Numbered from the whole stretch's first letter, positions 13,641-27,234 are shown. The stretch: DNA of 63,695 nucleotides, filler included, from Reticulomyxa filosa (GCA_000512085.1; 8 parts of 8 records of this genome joined end to end with filler, not necessarily neighbours in it), one strand, 5' to 3'. The notes: generated from the letters alone by a model not told the origin. Translations and numbers: made by a program.

Positions 13641-16172
13641 CATCACTTTGCCTTTGATTTAAAAAAAAACAAAAGAAACAATATTGAAAAGAGTTGGACC
13701 AACTTTCGGTAGACTCTCGTGGGAACATTAGTCAAATTTAAAATTGCCTCGCCTGATGTGTCGGATAGCAAGTGATTCACTCGAAATCGAATGGCGATAT
13801 GACGAATCAACGGGTCCATTGGTGAGACAGTGAAGTCATCTTCATAGCGACTGTTGAGAGTTCTATGTGAGAACAGGAGACGAGAAGATGAGCAAGCGAG
13901 CAAAAAATAAAAAAATTGATGTTTAAAAATTCTATAAATGATACCAAAGTTACCTGAAAAAAGACGAACAATGAAATGACTTAAGTATGACATTTGGCAC
14001 ATTAGGAGCACACGACAAGTGCATTACATGTTGACAACTTAGCAATTTACATTTAATGATAACCCACGACTCTTTGAGAACGCCACTAATGTCTTCCGTT
14101 ATTCCTTCATCGTCGCCTATTGTTATTCCATTTGTATCGCTCGTGTCTGTTTCGGATGAGTTCTGACCTCTCTCCTTTATCGTTTTTGTTATCCCATCGT
14201 CAGTTTTCGTTACCTTCGTTGTTTGTATGTCATCATTTGCGATGTCATGTTTCACTGCATCCGTACATTATTAGAATTTTTGATGTACCCCCCCAAAAAA
14301 AAACCAATCACCGACCACAAACACATAGTCACAAAGGATAATATCCATGCGAGATGTGCACAAACATAATATCATTGTTTGTCTGTTTTTTTAAAGAAGG
14401 AGTTGAGAAAAAGAAAAAAAAAAAAAGTAGTTTTTTGAACGGTCTTGAAGAACAAACCTTTTTTTGAAATCTCATCGACTTGACAGAGTGGCTCATTCCG
14501 TAAGCACACGGGACATCCTTCGGCAGCTAATATTTGTTGCCACTTTTCATCCAATTTATCAACAAAGGTGGTTTCGTAGCCCTGAAAATTGGCAAAGTGT
14601 CGACCGACTTCACTACGCAAAGCCTGGTCCACTTTTGTGGTTACCCCCACGGTATGTGCTCTCATTCTGGTGTGAGTTGTCCATGCATCTACGGAGTGAC
14701 TATGATCGCCTTTTTCTACAGACAGCCCCAGCTTTGGTAACGCCGAAGATTGCAAATGACTAACTCCGCTACTGAGGTGGCCAGGACTAGATTTAGCGCT
14801 TTCACTACGATTCAATGGAGATATGCTCCCAAATTGATTATTCAAGTTGTTGCTTCGGCCCTCTTCGCTTTCTTTTTCTTCGTTTTCACTCTTGTTTTTC
14901 TTGTTTTTGCTTTTTTTTTTTCGTCGCGAGCTCTTTCCTGGTGCTCCAGGATTTTGTTGCTTTTGTTTTATTTTATTTTTGTTTTTGTTTTTGTTTTTCC
15001 CCCCCCCCCCTTTTGTGGGTTTGCAATAATTAAAAAAAAATTTTTAAGTTGCGTTTTATCGTTTAAAAATAAACTGTGGCAAACAGCGATTGTAAATCTG
15101 CGATCAATAAATCTTTGGGCATTTTTTGAACTCCGGCGGCTTTTTCATAAGACTCAAACTGTTTAACACGATAACGAATTTCGGGTTCTTGAATGGCTGC
15201 GAAAACACATTTATTTAATTTAAAAAAAAAAAGGGAAGGGACAAAGAAAAAAAAAATCCTTTTTTTTTTTTTAATTGACCAGATATCCTTCCACTGGTAC
15301 GTGATGTGTGTGATTGAGTATCAATACTGTTATCGACGCAAAATTTTTTTAAATTATCACTTAGGCGGCTCACCGTTTCCGACAAGCCTTTTTCCAGCCA
15401 AATTTCCACGCCATAGACTGTCACGTCGCCATTGGCACGGCGTGTAAATGTCACGCCATTCTTTGGTGTGTTATTTAGGTGTTATGTTTTATTTGATTTG
15501 ATTTGTTTTATGTATTTTGTTTATTTATTTATTTATGTATTTGTAGTTTGACGGAGTGAATGTCTGTTATAGTATTTGCGTACCATCATTCGAGACAATT
15601 GTTCGGATGCAAATTGTACACAGATTTTGATAATCGCATCTGTCATTTGATTGTCTGTTTCTGACAACAACTTCGCCGACCAGGTTTCTCCACACCCTTT
15701 TTTAAAAATTAAGGAAGTACGACAAAATTAAATGACAGTGACAACAATAATAGATAGATAATAATAATTTAAAAAAAAGGACACAATTAGACCCTCTTAA
15801 CATTGCTTCGGATTTGTTGTCTCTTTAACAATGTTGCGAAACACTCGTATATTCACATCCTTTGGAAGTGATTTCAACGTTTGTTTCCGTTTGAATCCAT
15901 TCCAAAACTGCCAAAATGTCTTATGTGTGTGTTTCCATGTTTACTTACTTTTTTTTCCCATAGGGGTTATTTTATTCATTCGCATCCCTTACCAAATTTT
16001 TCTTTTTTTCTGTCTTTAAAAAAAAAACAGTCCATACCAAAATTGTGTCAAAGGTGCCTAAGTTTATCATTGTCTTCTTGGCTTGTGTTTCATCAGTTGT
16101 GCCCACTATGTCGGCCAACACTTGATAGGATGAATTTAGTGGTGGGTCAGTTGCAGACGGACCTGAGGTCAT
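13640..16172 (-). CDS. Exons upstream of the PUF region containing a degenerate RING-like motif (same gene or a separate gene)
   Basis: Same-strand exon-like ORFs. CPVCL (about 14500) and CKLLSCQHVMHLSC...FHC (about 13970-14055) resemble RING-H2 ligands split by an insertion. Possible start MTSGPS at 16172. Confidence 0.45.
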
Positions 16173-16517
16173 ATTTGCTTATGATATTTCAATATACAAG
16201 TTCAAGAATGCTGAACTATCAAAAACAAACAAAAATTATCGTGGACTCTTTCAAGGTAATTTGACAATGTACGAGAAGTACAACAAATTTTATGAGATTA
16301 CTCTGCAAATATTCAGAAAAAATACCCCCTTTACTGCTTACACGTGAAGTTTCCTGTTTTTTGTTGTTGGAAGGTCCAAACATTTTACCCTGGCTGATAA
16401 TATACACATCTTTAGCGAAATAGGTTCTTGTTTAACATTATTATTGTGTTCTGCAAGTGTATTCATAAATTTCAAAACGTTTTCAAAAATGAAATAAAAG
16501 TTAAAAAGTCTTCTGTT

Positions 16518-19469
16518 TTATAAAGAAATGTAAATCAAAAGTCTTTCTTTGTGCAAAAAAAATATCAATATAAATTTTTCGTAGCGTTTCGGTAAACACT
16601 TGCAATACAGTGACTGAGCAATTGCCATTCTTATTCGAATGAATTTCCAAAAGTTACCTACTTCCTCGGCAAATAGAGGTTTTTTTAATCCTGACTGCAC
16701 TTATGTTGATAAGCCTCGAGATAGTAGCCAATAAATAGATCATGTTTTAACGATGACAAATCGGTTTGTTGAGGTAAATTCTTAAACCATGTGCGTATTA
16801 TTGTCCGTTTGTTGGTTCCACGACTAAACAGTCGAAAGATATTGCCTCGGTTCATTTGTTCTGAATATAAATCGTTTCGTTGTTTTTTTGGGAGAAAAAA
16901 AAGCATTTTTGTGTTTGAAACAAATAAATTCCATCTGAAAGACCTGGCACAATGCACAACAAACACACACACACTACAAGGAATCAAGAAACACTAACGC
17001 TCTTTGTTAAATTTTTCCCCTTCCATTGAGCGATCAAGTCCTCGGATTTGCATATGCTGCACTTATATTGTGACTTTTCCAGCCCGGACAGTTCTTCCTC
17101 GTCCAAACCGCTGCAAAACGTATGGACCCATCGTTGGCAATAGTCACACTGCACCCAACTTTCCATTGGATTATTGGATTTGGATTGTTGCTGTGTGCAA
17201 AGAGACAAGCACATGGTATGGGAGATACGTCAAAAAATGTCTGGAAATTAACAGTCGAGCAAAGAAAGAGAAGTATAGATTAGACGAAAAGAGAAAGGGA
17301 AAAAAAAAACTTAGCCTCCAAACTTTGTGACAAATGGCACACAAGTTATTGTCAAAAGCTGGGTCTTGATTGGTGGTGTCCCAATTCTGAAAATGACTGT
17401 GTCGTCTTGTTTTTGGCAATTCGAATGTTACATTTTGAAAGTGGGATAACATGGACAACGTCTTGTGCTTTTCTTCGCTGTGACTTTGATCAATGTCCTT
17501 ATATCTGTGTTTGTCCTTGTCACGATTGTGCTGTTGACTGTTTAACGTAGCAGCAAACGAATTGGTCGGCAACAATGCAGGCATTGCCTCATTGCAATTC
17601 AAAATATATGTCGCTTCGATTGGCGGCAAATCAAGAATGCCATCGACCAATAGCTCGTCCGATTCTTGTTTGTTGTCATTGTTATTGTTATTTTATTGTT
17701 ATTATTATTGTTATTATTATTGTTATTATTATTGTTATTATTATTGCTAATGCCATTGTTATTATCATGGCCGTGATCATTGATATGATTGTCGCTAGAC
17801 TCATCCTTGGCAGTGCCAAACACATCGATGTCATTACCGTGATGAAATAGTTCATCGTCGGTGAATGGCATGCTCATGGCTGTTCCGTCGTTGCAATGTA
17901 TGATTGGAATTGGACTGTCTTTTGCGTAGTAGTCCAAAGACAATGGATCCAAGTTTTGATATTCGATCCAGTCGCAATATAGCCATGACTTTTTCTCAAA
18001 GTGCGCTTTGAGAGTGTGATCTTCAATTGTCGACACTTTCACTCGATGCGAACGAAGATATTGCCATGCGTTGTCTTCATCGTCGGCCAGCGATTCCAAG
18101 CTCTTTGCATTCCATTGCGTACGATTTTGCTTTTCTCCCTTTGCTTTGAGTTCTTTATGTTTCATCTCTCTTTCCAATATTGTTTCCTTTTTTTTTTTTG
18201 AACATATGTATGTACATGATGTTTAAAACATTACCAAAAAAAATTATATACCCTACCAAAAGATAATACACATGCACAAATGAAAATGATTGAACTGCTC
18301 TTGGTCGGATTTGAAAAGATAATGTCGGCATTAGATCTTGATCGGCGTTGGCCAGTTTTTTTTTTTGAAACTGGTGCAATGTGTGATTGACAATATCGAT
18401 CAATTGCAAGTCCGTTTGTATCCATCGATATTCGCAATGCGGACGAAAGTGCTTTTGTTTGTGCGTTGAGTCTTTTGGATGTTTGTGAGGGATGACATGC
18501 ACCAAATGGTGGGTCGTTTTTAATTGAGGATACAATCGTGAAAAAAACGATAATCGAATGTCGTCTGCCGTCACATCATAACACGAGCATTCGTCTCGCA
18601 CACGCTCTTCCACATTCAAATTGGTTTCTTTGCCGTTACAATGTTCACTTTTGCAATCTTCCGTAAATACACTCTCTTCATCCGAAAACAACAATTTTTC
18701 CAAAATATTCAAATTGCTATTATGTTGTTCGCTTTGCTTTGGTGTGCTCTCTTTTGAAATGTCCTTTTCGCTGCTTTGCTTTGAATCGTGGACCTCGTTT
18801 TGTGTGTTTGGACAATCTATCGGCTCTTCTCTTTGACTTGCGAAAGAGTTCAACCGACGTCTTTTATTGTTCTTTGTTCTTCTTTGACATGCGTGTATTA
18901 AAGAAAACAACAGAACAATACAAAAATAACTATTAGACAACTAACAATAAAAACCAAAAATCCAAATAAAAATTGCAAAAACCGAGATAAGTTAACTCAA
19001 AAAGTTGCTGTTGGACGTTAGTCAAAGTAGAGTAAATCCAAACTTTGATTAACCCGTATCCATTTCTCATTTGTAGTATTTCCACGTCTTGATGGCCGGC
19101 CAATGACTCACGGCCACATTGAGACTTTACATACAATGGCTCACTTATTACCACTTTGTTGTGATTAAGTGGTGGGTTTAACTTCGATGGGCAAATGGTG
19201 ACCAAATCACCACTCGTTGTAAGAAGAGATGGTAACAATAAATCATTTTTGCACAATTGCTCTGCCTCAGCAGGTGTAATATTGTACTGAGTTGTTGGGT
19301 GCAAAGGCTGAAAACTGTACTGATATATGAGTTTCTCGTCACTGATGTCTTTTAGCCTAAGAAAACGGTTTTTGTTTTGTTTGTTTTGTATCCTTTGCTT
19401 GTTTTCAAAGTGCTTGTGTTTGGGTGTCACCTTTTTTTTTAAAACAGTTGTTGTGTGTTGTTGACGCAC
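16518..19469 (-). CDS. PHD-finger protein with poly-Asn tract, multi-exon (ends approximate)
   Basis: CAICHK (17327-17344) spliced to WVQCDYCQRWVHTFCSGL...YKCSICK forms a canonical PHD. Collinear exons run 19469 to 16518, with an apparent 1-nt frameshift near 17692. Confidence 0.72.
17695..17746. repeat. (ATTATTATTGTT)n microsatellite encoding poly-Asn on the minus strand
   Basis: Direct reading of a 12-nt unit repeated about four times. Confidence 0.9.
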
Positions 19470-22111
19470 GGAAAAAGTTTAAAAGGGCTTCAAGCCCCTT
19501 TTAAACGTTCATTTTACAGTTAATGAACTTGTGTCTGCACTTTGGATTGATGACTCGTTTTTTTTTTAAACGAAGCATTTCTTTTAACTCTCACTTTCAA
19601 TAAACTTAACGTCTTTGGATAGGCTTGTTTTCTCCGATGTGCCCACAGAAGTTCAGCTGATTTTGCCTGATCTTCTCGTTTGACGCACTCGAGCTGACAA
19701 TGTTACAATAAACAGACAAAAACAACCATAAGGTGATCTTAAAGCAGCCGCACAGATGCTGTATTTAAGTGAAATATTCTTATCCATATTGTACTCAAAG
19801 CAAAATTAGAAGTTTTACGCCCTTTCTAAACAAAATCAAGCACAATGCTAACCGCTGTCAACCAGCACGGCCTAGAGTGTCCCAAAGCCAAGCTTTGAAG
19901 ATCAAAAGTTTCACTCATTTCTTACAAGACAGTTATATTGGCCAAATTTGCACAAGAATTATGAAAATCGCACCGAAGTGAGCTTCTTCCTATTTCCTTA
20001 TTTTTTTTTAGGGGGGCGTGCAGTACAAAACCGTTTTTGTACGGTTTTTAGTACGACAACTGGTTAGACAAACAAAATGTATCAAAACTATCAATTCAAA
20101 ACATTTTGCTAAAATCAATGCAGTCAAAACGTGTTATCCCTTCTTTTCTTTTCTTACGTTAATTCTTGTGTTTTGTTTCAGAGTGGAATTTTTTGCTGTT
20201 TTGAATAGTGAATCAGAGCTGACGAGCGTCTTTTTTGTATTCTTAAGCTTGAAAACAACATTCATTAACTAATTTCACTCTTTTTCTTGTACAATCCAAA
20301 AAAATCACAAGTGGACTAAGTTTTTTTTAAGTAATAACACGATTCCTTCACAAGCCTTTTTAGATGATGATTCTATAAAATCTTATACTTTTCTACTCCT
20401 TTCAATCTCTGGCCAGAACAAGATACATTCATTTTCATCCATTTTGATCAATTGATAATTGCACAATTTACAAAAAGAAAAAAACAAACGGAAGACGTAA
20501 GTGTTGAATGGAGATCATCACAAAGTAATTTTTGAAGGAAGAGCACATCAAAACATATACTCAAATAGCTTACATTTTCAAATGATTGCAAATACTCATC
20601 CAATACTTGTGATGTTCATGATAATTTTATGTATTCGTTTGTCAATCCGTTGAACTTGTGTTTCTTCATTTGTCATTCGAAAGTATTTGAACACACATTT
20701 TTTGCCACTTTGAGTTAGAAGCTAAATGTAAATCTGAACCAAGATGTGGCTGATAAAATGCAAAAAAAGGCGTACCATTTCGAGCACGAAACAAATGAGA
20801 AAGAAGTGTTTCAAAGGAAACAAAAGAAAAAGACAAAGAAAAAATAATTATTCGTAAAAATGATAATGACACTTGCCCACAATTTTTACACTGTGATTCA
20901 GCGCAGAAATTTTTTCTGTCTGGTAATAATACTGACAATGATAGCAATGGCAGAAATGGTGATAATAATGAAAAAGGTAAAAACTCACTGCTATTTTTTT
21001 TTTGGGACTGGATTTTGTTGAATTAGAGGTGTGGAGCCATGCGACGACACTTTGTGCGCCAGAGTGAAACAAGGCAGCTTCCTTATTTTTGATTGCTCTC
21101 TTCATGTTCTCTCGTCCTTGTGATTTGTTCTTTGATATTCCTTTAGTTTCTTGATATGACTGTGTTACCCTTGTTGTGCTGTCAAATATTGAGTATGGGT
21201 AAATGAAAGTTCTAGTGCCAACAACAAAAACTTTGGAGTGAAGAAGAAGATTGTAGAAATTACTTTAAAAATGTTTAATATTTCCTTCTTTTCTCTGCAA
21301 CACCCAAACATTGTGGTCCCTCATCTGCGCCTTATTTTGGTGTTACAATTCGTCGACATGAAAGTTGATTCTTGAATAAAAACTAGTTTGTCAATTTCAT
21401 TCTATATGCTTTATAGCGAATCTAGTGATTCTCTTCCTCTCAAGCAAAGTACGTTCAGACCAATTTATTCTGTTCGTTTTGAGTATTCCGTTGTTTTTAA
21501 AAAAGTTTATATACGATACGGAAAAAAGATATAAATTAGCTCAAATTTGTTACTCAAAGTATCAATCTGAATGTTGGCAATAATAACAACATATTACACT
21601 AAATAATTTTTGTCATATTTCTGCTTTTAGCTGTTATTATTAATTAACACTTAATATGTATCGAAATAATGTTTGTAATAATAATAGAAATAACATAATT
21701 GTGACAAAAAATATTTTTAAAAATATAAAAAAAAATAAATGACAATTAAAAAAAAATAGTGACAATAAAAAATTTGTGGCAAAAAAATGTAAATTAGAAA
21801 AAGATATTGAACAAATAAAAATATTGATTAAATAAAAATAAAGTGAAAAAAAAGATAAGAATTCGCAATTGTTTCTTATTATTCCACAAAAACCCCATTC
21901 TTGTACACATCCAGATACTTATTTGAATAGTTATCCCTCTGCAGTATTACGCTTCAAAAATTAGCTCGAAATGTTGCTAAAAAAGATGTTACTAAAACAA
22001 AAAGGATATTCAAGTTTTAGAAGGCCGTACTGCAGTAAGGTAAAAAAAAATTTGGGGTTTGTGTACGGAATAAATTTTTGGTTTTGTTTTTTTGTCTAAC
22101 ATATTCTAAAA

Positions 22112-22622
22112 ATGGCCAAACCTGATTTCAATTCCATTGGAAAGAGCTTCGTTGAGCACTATTATAAACAATTTGACAATGACAGACCAAAGATAGCAGA
22201 TTTGTTCAAAGACCAGTCGTGCCTTAGCTTTGAAAATAAAGGCTGTCAAGGCAAAGAAAACATCATGAACTACCTTTGTGTACGTACAATCTTCTTTTTT
22301 ATCCTTTTCATTGGCAAAAGCTTTGTTTGTTTCGTTTTTAGAAAGAGGTAAAATTCCGCAAGATTCAGCACATGCCACGAACGTTGGACGTTCAACCAAG
22401 TGGACAGGGATTGCTGGTGCTGGTGACGGGAGAATTAAAAGTTAGTAAATGTTAATTTTTTTCTTTCCGAAAAAACGCACCTTTTTTTTGCTATAGGTTG
22501 ACGATGAAAAAAATCTGCTTTTATTCAGTGAATCGTTTCATTTAATCCCAACGGACAATACCTTCAAAGGCTTTTGGTTGAAAAATGTGATATTTCGCTT
22601 GAACTATGGATCTGCGAAATAA
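22112..22622 (+). CDS. NTF2: Nuclear transport factor 2; introns 22280-22341 and 22441-22496
   Basis: Spliced product MAKPDFNSIGKSFVEHYYKQFDNDRPKIADLF..SCLSFEN..QGKENI..KIQHMPRTLDVQPSGQGLLVLVTGELKVDDEKNLLLFSESFHL..FWLKNVIFRLNYGSAK*. Confidence 0.95.
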
Positions 22623-23322
22623 AATGATCTTTTTCCTTGGAATTCAGTTTTACTAGAACTTTTTTAAATTAACTTTAAAGACAAAACGAAGTAGGAGGGA
22701 ACAATTTCTAAAAAACTTTTGAAACAAATCAATTTCGCAATGCAACTAGGATTTTTTTGAACGTTTCCGATGGAAGAGGGGTTTGTAATTCGGTTCCGAA
22801 CTGGTGCCGGATTGATTGTTTTCAAATAATTTGGAACTTTATATTGTGGCTCTAAACCCCCAGAATATTAGCTTAAAAGTGACAAAAAAATTTTTCAGGG
22901 CTTGGCATCGAAGTTTCTCCATTGTTAAACATGTTAATACGAGCGAGTGTAAACACCATTCGAGCAGTATAAGAAAAAGAATAAAAGAAGTGAATTTCCA
23001 TGATTTTTACATATGATGGATGCTATGAACAAAAATAAAAACCACATTTTTTTTCTTATTTTACATTGTTTTCGGCGTTTAAAAAATACAATTTACATAT
23101 GTTTGCGATCAAACTAAAATTTGTATTCAAAACTAATCAATTTTTAGCATCAAACAATATAGATCATATTCTTTTAAAAAATATTTAAAGTGTAACTCAT
23201 TTGATGATGTTTGAATAATCCATGTATATAACTAATTTTCAATATTTAATTTCTTGTTGAAAATATTGTTGCCTAAGTCAAACAACTTTAACGATATATT
23301 TATTTATTTTGCAATGATAATA

Positions 23323-23849
23323 TACAGTAGAATGCAAAATAAAGTTTACACATAAAACGGCACCTTATAGAGATGATCGATTTTCTTCATGAAAAAACAA
23401 TATTCAGACCTAATTTTAAAAAAATATATACAAATTGTGTAGTTTTTAAATATCATGTTGGTTTTTTGTTAAATCTTTGCTAATTGTTTAAAAAATTTTA
23501 ATATTTATTGATTTTTGAAAATTTTCAAGAAAAAGTTAACAATCGTGACTGTGTCGTAACAGTGAAATTTGTCAATTTTTTAAAAATCATTTTCAGAAAG
23601 TGATCAATGAGTAATCATTTTCAAAAAAAAAAAAATAATTAAAAAAACACAAATATAGAAATTATACTGGACTAAAAAAAAATAAATGACGAAATGTTGA
23701 AAAATTAGTAAAAATTTAATAAAAAACCAAAATGATATTTAAAAACTACACGATTTGTAGATATTTTAAAAATTAGGTCTGAGTATTGTTTTTTCATGAA
23801 GAAAATTAATCATCTATAAGGTGCCGTTTTATGTGTAAACTTTATTTTG
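23323..23849. mobile_element. MITE-like element with about 150-bp terminal inverted repeats, Tc1/mariner-type TA|CAGT left end
   Basis: Left arm caaaataaagtttacacataaaacggcaccttataga...cttcatgaaaaaacaatattcagacctaat is the reverse complement of 23772-23849. The interior is non-coding and the outermost right-hand ~10 nt are missing. The same arm recurs at 63589. Confidence 0.85.
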
Positions 23850-24353
23850 TACCTGAGCTTCCTACAGTAGTTATTTGTTATATTGATGTGTATTGTCCTT
23901 ATGCAATTAGTTCTTAAACTCTTGAAAAATTTATAATAGTTTTACAAAAAGAAGCATAGTAATTGTCCAAATACTCAATTTGGAATTCTGTTTGTTCATA
24001 ACAAGGGACTAATTGCAACTGAAATATTCGCACAATCGCTGTGCTTGAACGACTCTGCACATATGATATTTTCAATAAACCCATTCTTCAAATATATTAA
24101 CTTTGAAGGCACAAACTGAGTTCATTTAATCTCTTTTTTGTGCGATGATCAAGCAAGAAGTTGGCTATCTTTTCTCATTAAAAATTTCAAAAAGCATGTA
24201 AATTGCTTTTAAAAATGAAAAGTACGAAATGTTTTTTTTATCTCTCCAGCCTAGTACAGGTTTGTAAGTTCTAATGTGAGTCGTTCATTTCCAGTTAATT
24301 TTGAAAAGAAATTTAAACGTGCTTTACAAGAAAAAGGACTTCATTTATAGTAA

Positions 24354-25825
24354 CTACCAAGTTCTAGGTAAAGCCAAAGCATGATGAGATTGTTTAAAAC
24401 CGGTTTGAGCAAAATGGAATAACCACAAGTGACAAGCTACTTCACTAAAATGGCTGTACCAATCAACAACAAACATTTAAAATTGAGCACAATCAATTCT
24501 AATAAAAACAAAAAAAGCAAAAATACCTTGTCTTAATGTCGCCAAGGATGTAAGAGTCAAAGTTCCATTTTTTTGCTAGTTCAACTGCCCAATGGTTGGC
24601 ATCATCGTGATCTGTAATGTTACACATTTGGCGTCCATCACAAAACATGTATTCGTGTACCTTTCGGAAAATCCCCCTTTCTGTAAAACTTAACTTCCAG
24701 ACACGTACATCAAAGGCTTTTGCTTAAAGAAACGGGTCCCGTCAGTGAAGAGAGCTAATCATTCCCCAATCAGAACACAAGCAAAAAATATTTTGCAATA
24801 ATAAATATATGTGTATCCCAACTAAATAAACAAAGGTACATACAAATAAAATTTACAAACCATTATTGATCATATTGAAGCATTTCACGACTATGTTGAA
24901 TGTATATACATTACACGCACACATGACACCAAATAAATATTACTTTGAGTATAAAAAAAAAAAAGGGGTTAAGATCGAATTTAAAAAAAAAAGCAAAGGG
25001 GGAAGCAAAATGGGCAAGAGGAATAAAAATAAAAAATAAAAAAAGCAAGCAGTTGCACTTTTTTTTCCTACTTCTCCTTCTTTTCTCTCTCACCTCGAAA
25101 TTTTAAAGTCTAACAAAGCAAAAGTAAAAGAGAAACAAAAGACCTTTGGATTGTGGGAGCGCTTCTTGTACAACTTCACCACCACTTCGGTTGTTTCCTT
25201 TGCTGTCTTTCAAAGGCAACAATCCAAGGAATTTACCTCCTTCAAAGTGCAAAGGATTATTCACATCAACAACAATTTTCCCTTTCAAGTGATCTTTCAG
25301 CTCCTTGCACACATGTTCTACAGCTGCCCAATTAACCTAACATTTTTTACATACCCCGTGGTATGCCCCCAAAAAAATTTGCTAATAGGTACTTTTTTTT
25401 TTTGTAAAAAAAAAGCCAACTAGTAAAAAAAAAAAAAAAAAACAAATGCCTTTTTAGAATTAATCAATTAACTGCCAAGATTACAACATCTCCTTGGTGA
25501 GCCGCTTTTTCTTGTGTTGTTAAGGAAAAACCTTCAGTGTGCTTGCTCAATCCTTGCTTTTCATCTTCGAAAGCAGTTTTTGTCAATTTTTCAAGAAACT
25601 CCTTCTCTTTTCCATCGGGCTTTCTTGTTCCCATTACCACCTTGTGACCATCTCTTAAAAAACCGCGTGCCAAAGCAATTCCGACGTCGCCTGTTATATG
25701 CGAACACCCAAACTAAGTAAGTCCAAACTTTTTGAACGTTTCTTTGATCATGCAATAATACATTTGCTAAACAACTAACCAGTTCCGACAATACCAATGG
25801 TTTTGACCTCAGGTGCTTGAGACAT
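24354..25825 (-). CDS. COG2085 / F420-dependent NADP oxidoreductase-like dinucleotide-binding enzyme, multi-exon
   Basis: MSQAPEVKTIGIVGTG|DVGIALARGFLRDGHKVVMGTRKP (Rossmann GxGxxG), GDVVILAV, LKGKIVVDVNNPL, SGGEVVQEALPQSK|VVKCFN, and a C-terminal exon HFSEVACHLWL..HALALPRTW*. Confidence 0.82.
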
Positions 25826-26242
25826 ATTTGTTTTTTAAATAAATAAAAATTAAGAAACCTACTAAAATTTTAACAAACAACTTTTTGTTTGTGTCAGTTT
25901 TTGTTGTGTTAGTGTGTTAAAACTTTCAAAATTAGAGCATGACTGCCGTCTTCTTTTAAAATCATAAAAAAGAGGGATAATCAACATGAGCAAATGAAAG
26001 AAATTCGTGGTATGGCCACATACTGTAAGGAAGGAATAAAAAATCAAAAAGAAAAAATGTATATTTTATAAGTGTGAATCTGTTTCTATATATGTCTCTT
26101 GATAAGGCAAGCTGCTTGGAACTAATGTTTTTAAAGGAAAGCGCTTTTCAGTTTTAAAAGACTTTTTTTTAAAGGGTGATACCGGTCATTTTCTCCGCAT
26201 TTCAATTGGGTTGCACATTTCAAACCAAACATTTAAGAAATA

Positions 26243-27003
26243 ATGTCCAAGGCAGAGCAAACATTACTTCAAGAGATAAGTTCAATGATGTCGGACCCGC
26301 AAGCGGCCGCCGACGACGACAGGATTGATGAAGTGATGAAAAAAATAAGAAAACTAAACCCAAACAAAACCTCAGAACAGCTGAGACTTGCGTCCTGCCA
26401 CGTTATGACAATGTGTTTTTGTTTTTTTTTAGCGTTCTCCAAGTGTAAGATAAAATTGGATTGAGGAGAGGGGGAGGGTGGAATTGCAAGTTTGAAAGCG
26501 GAAATTTCTCGAAATTTCGGGTTTTTTGGTGGTATTATAAAGCAAGATATATATATAAAAAAAACACATAGTTTATGACAATGTATCATACCCGTAAAGC
26601 AATGACAATTGGAGCACCACAAGGTGATGCTTCCGGAATGGGCGCAGGACAAATGATGAGCGCAAATTCGATGGCCGGTACAGAAGCAACAAACCAAATT
26701 GACATGGAAGCCGTGGAGGCGTTTAAAACCGCACAACGAGCAGACATGGAATTGGGATGGCGTTTATTGGACATCAAGGGCAGCAATTCTCAAACCGCTC
26801 GCACAGCCCGAGTGTTGAAAATCGAGGTTGCACAAAGATTGGAAGATTCTTTCAAATTGGAGGAAGCCTTCAAAGATCTCATGGGACGCCATTTGAGTGA
26901 AGAGGAAACTATGGTCGCATTCACTGCTGCACCATTTCTAGGAGATTGGAAAGCTATGTTCAAGTTGGGCGAGAAAATTGAAAAAAACCCTATGAATATG
27001 GAA
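26243..27003 (+). CDS. Hypothetical alpha-helical protein, 3'-partial (intron 26402-26571; a second intron from 27004 runs into the contig end)
   Basis: Two exon-like ORFs join in frame (LASCH|FMTMYH) across a GT-AG intron. No family recognised. Confidence 0.7.
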
Positions 27004-27096
27004 GTTTAGATGTTTTCTTTTTTTTTTTTTTTTTTTGTCCTCTTCTTTCGTTTTTTCCTTTTCTTTATTTAATGAAACAATACGTATACAATTTTT

Positions 27097-27133
<37 letters not shown>

Positions 27134-27134
27134 A

Positions 27135-27234
27135 NNNNNNNNNNNNNNNNNNNNNNNNNNNNNNNNNNNNNNNNNNNNTTAATTAATTAANNNNNNNNNN
27201 NNNNNNNNNNNNNNNNNNNNNNNNNNNNNNNNNN
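27135..27234. other. Artificial contig spacer
   Basis: N44-TTAATTAATTAA-N44; stops in all six frames. Confidence 0.98.

Noticed and set aside
20520-21300. Possible minus-strand gene
   Set aside because: Short exon-like pieces with stops and no recognisable motif; no model could be built.
21939-22035. CTGCAGTA...TACTGCAG inverted repeat upstream of NTF2
   Set aside because: Only 8 bp, no TSD and no second copy; compatible with chance.
27018-27132. Poly(A) tail of a retrocopy after the 26243 gene
   Set aside because: The gene has an intron, and the T19...A35 tract follows a GTTTAG donor. It fits an intron truncated by the contig end.
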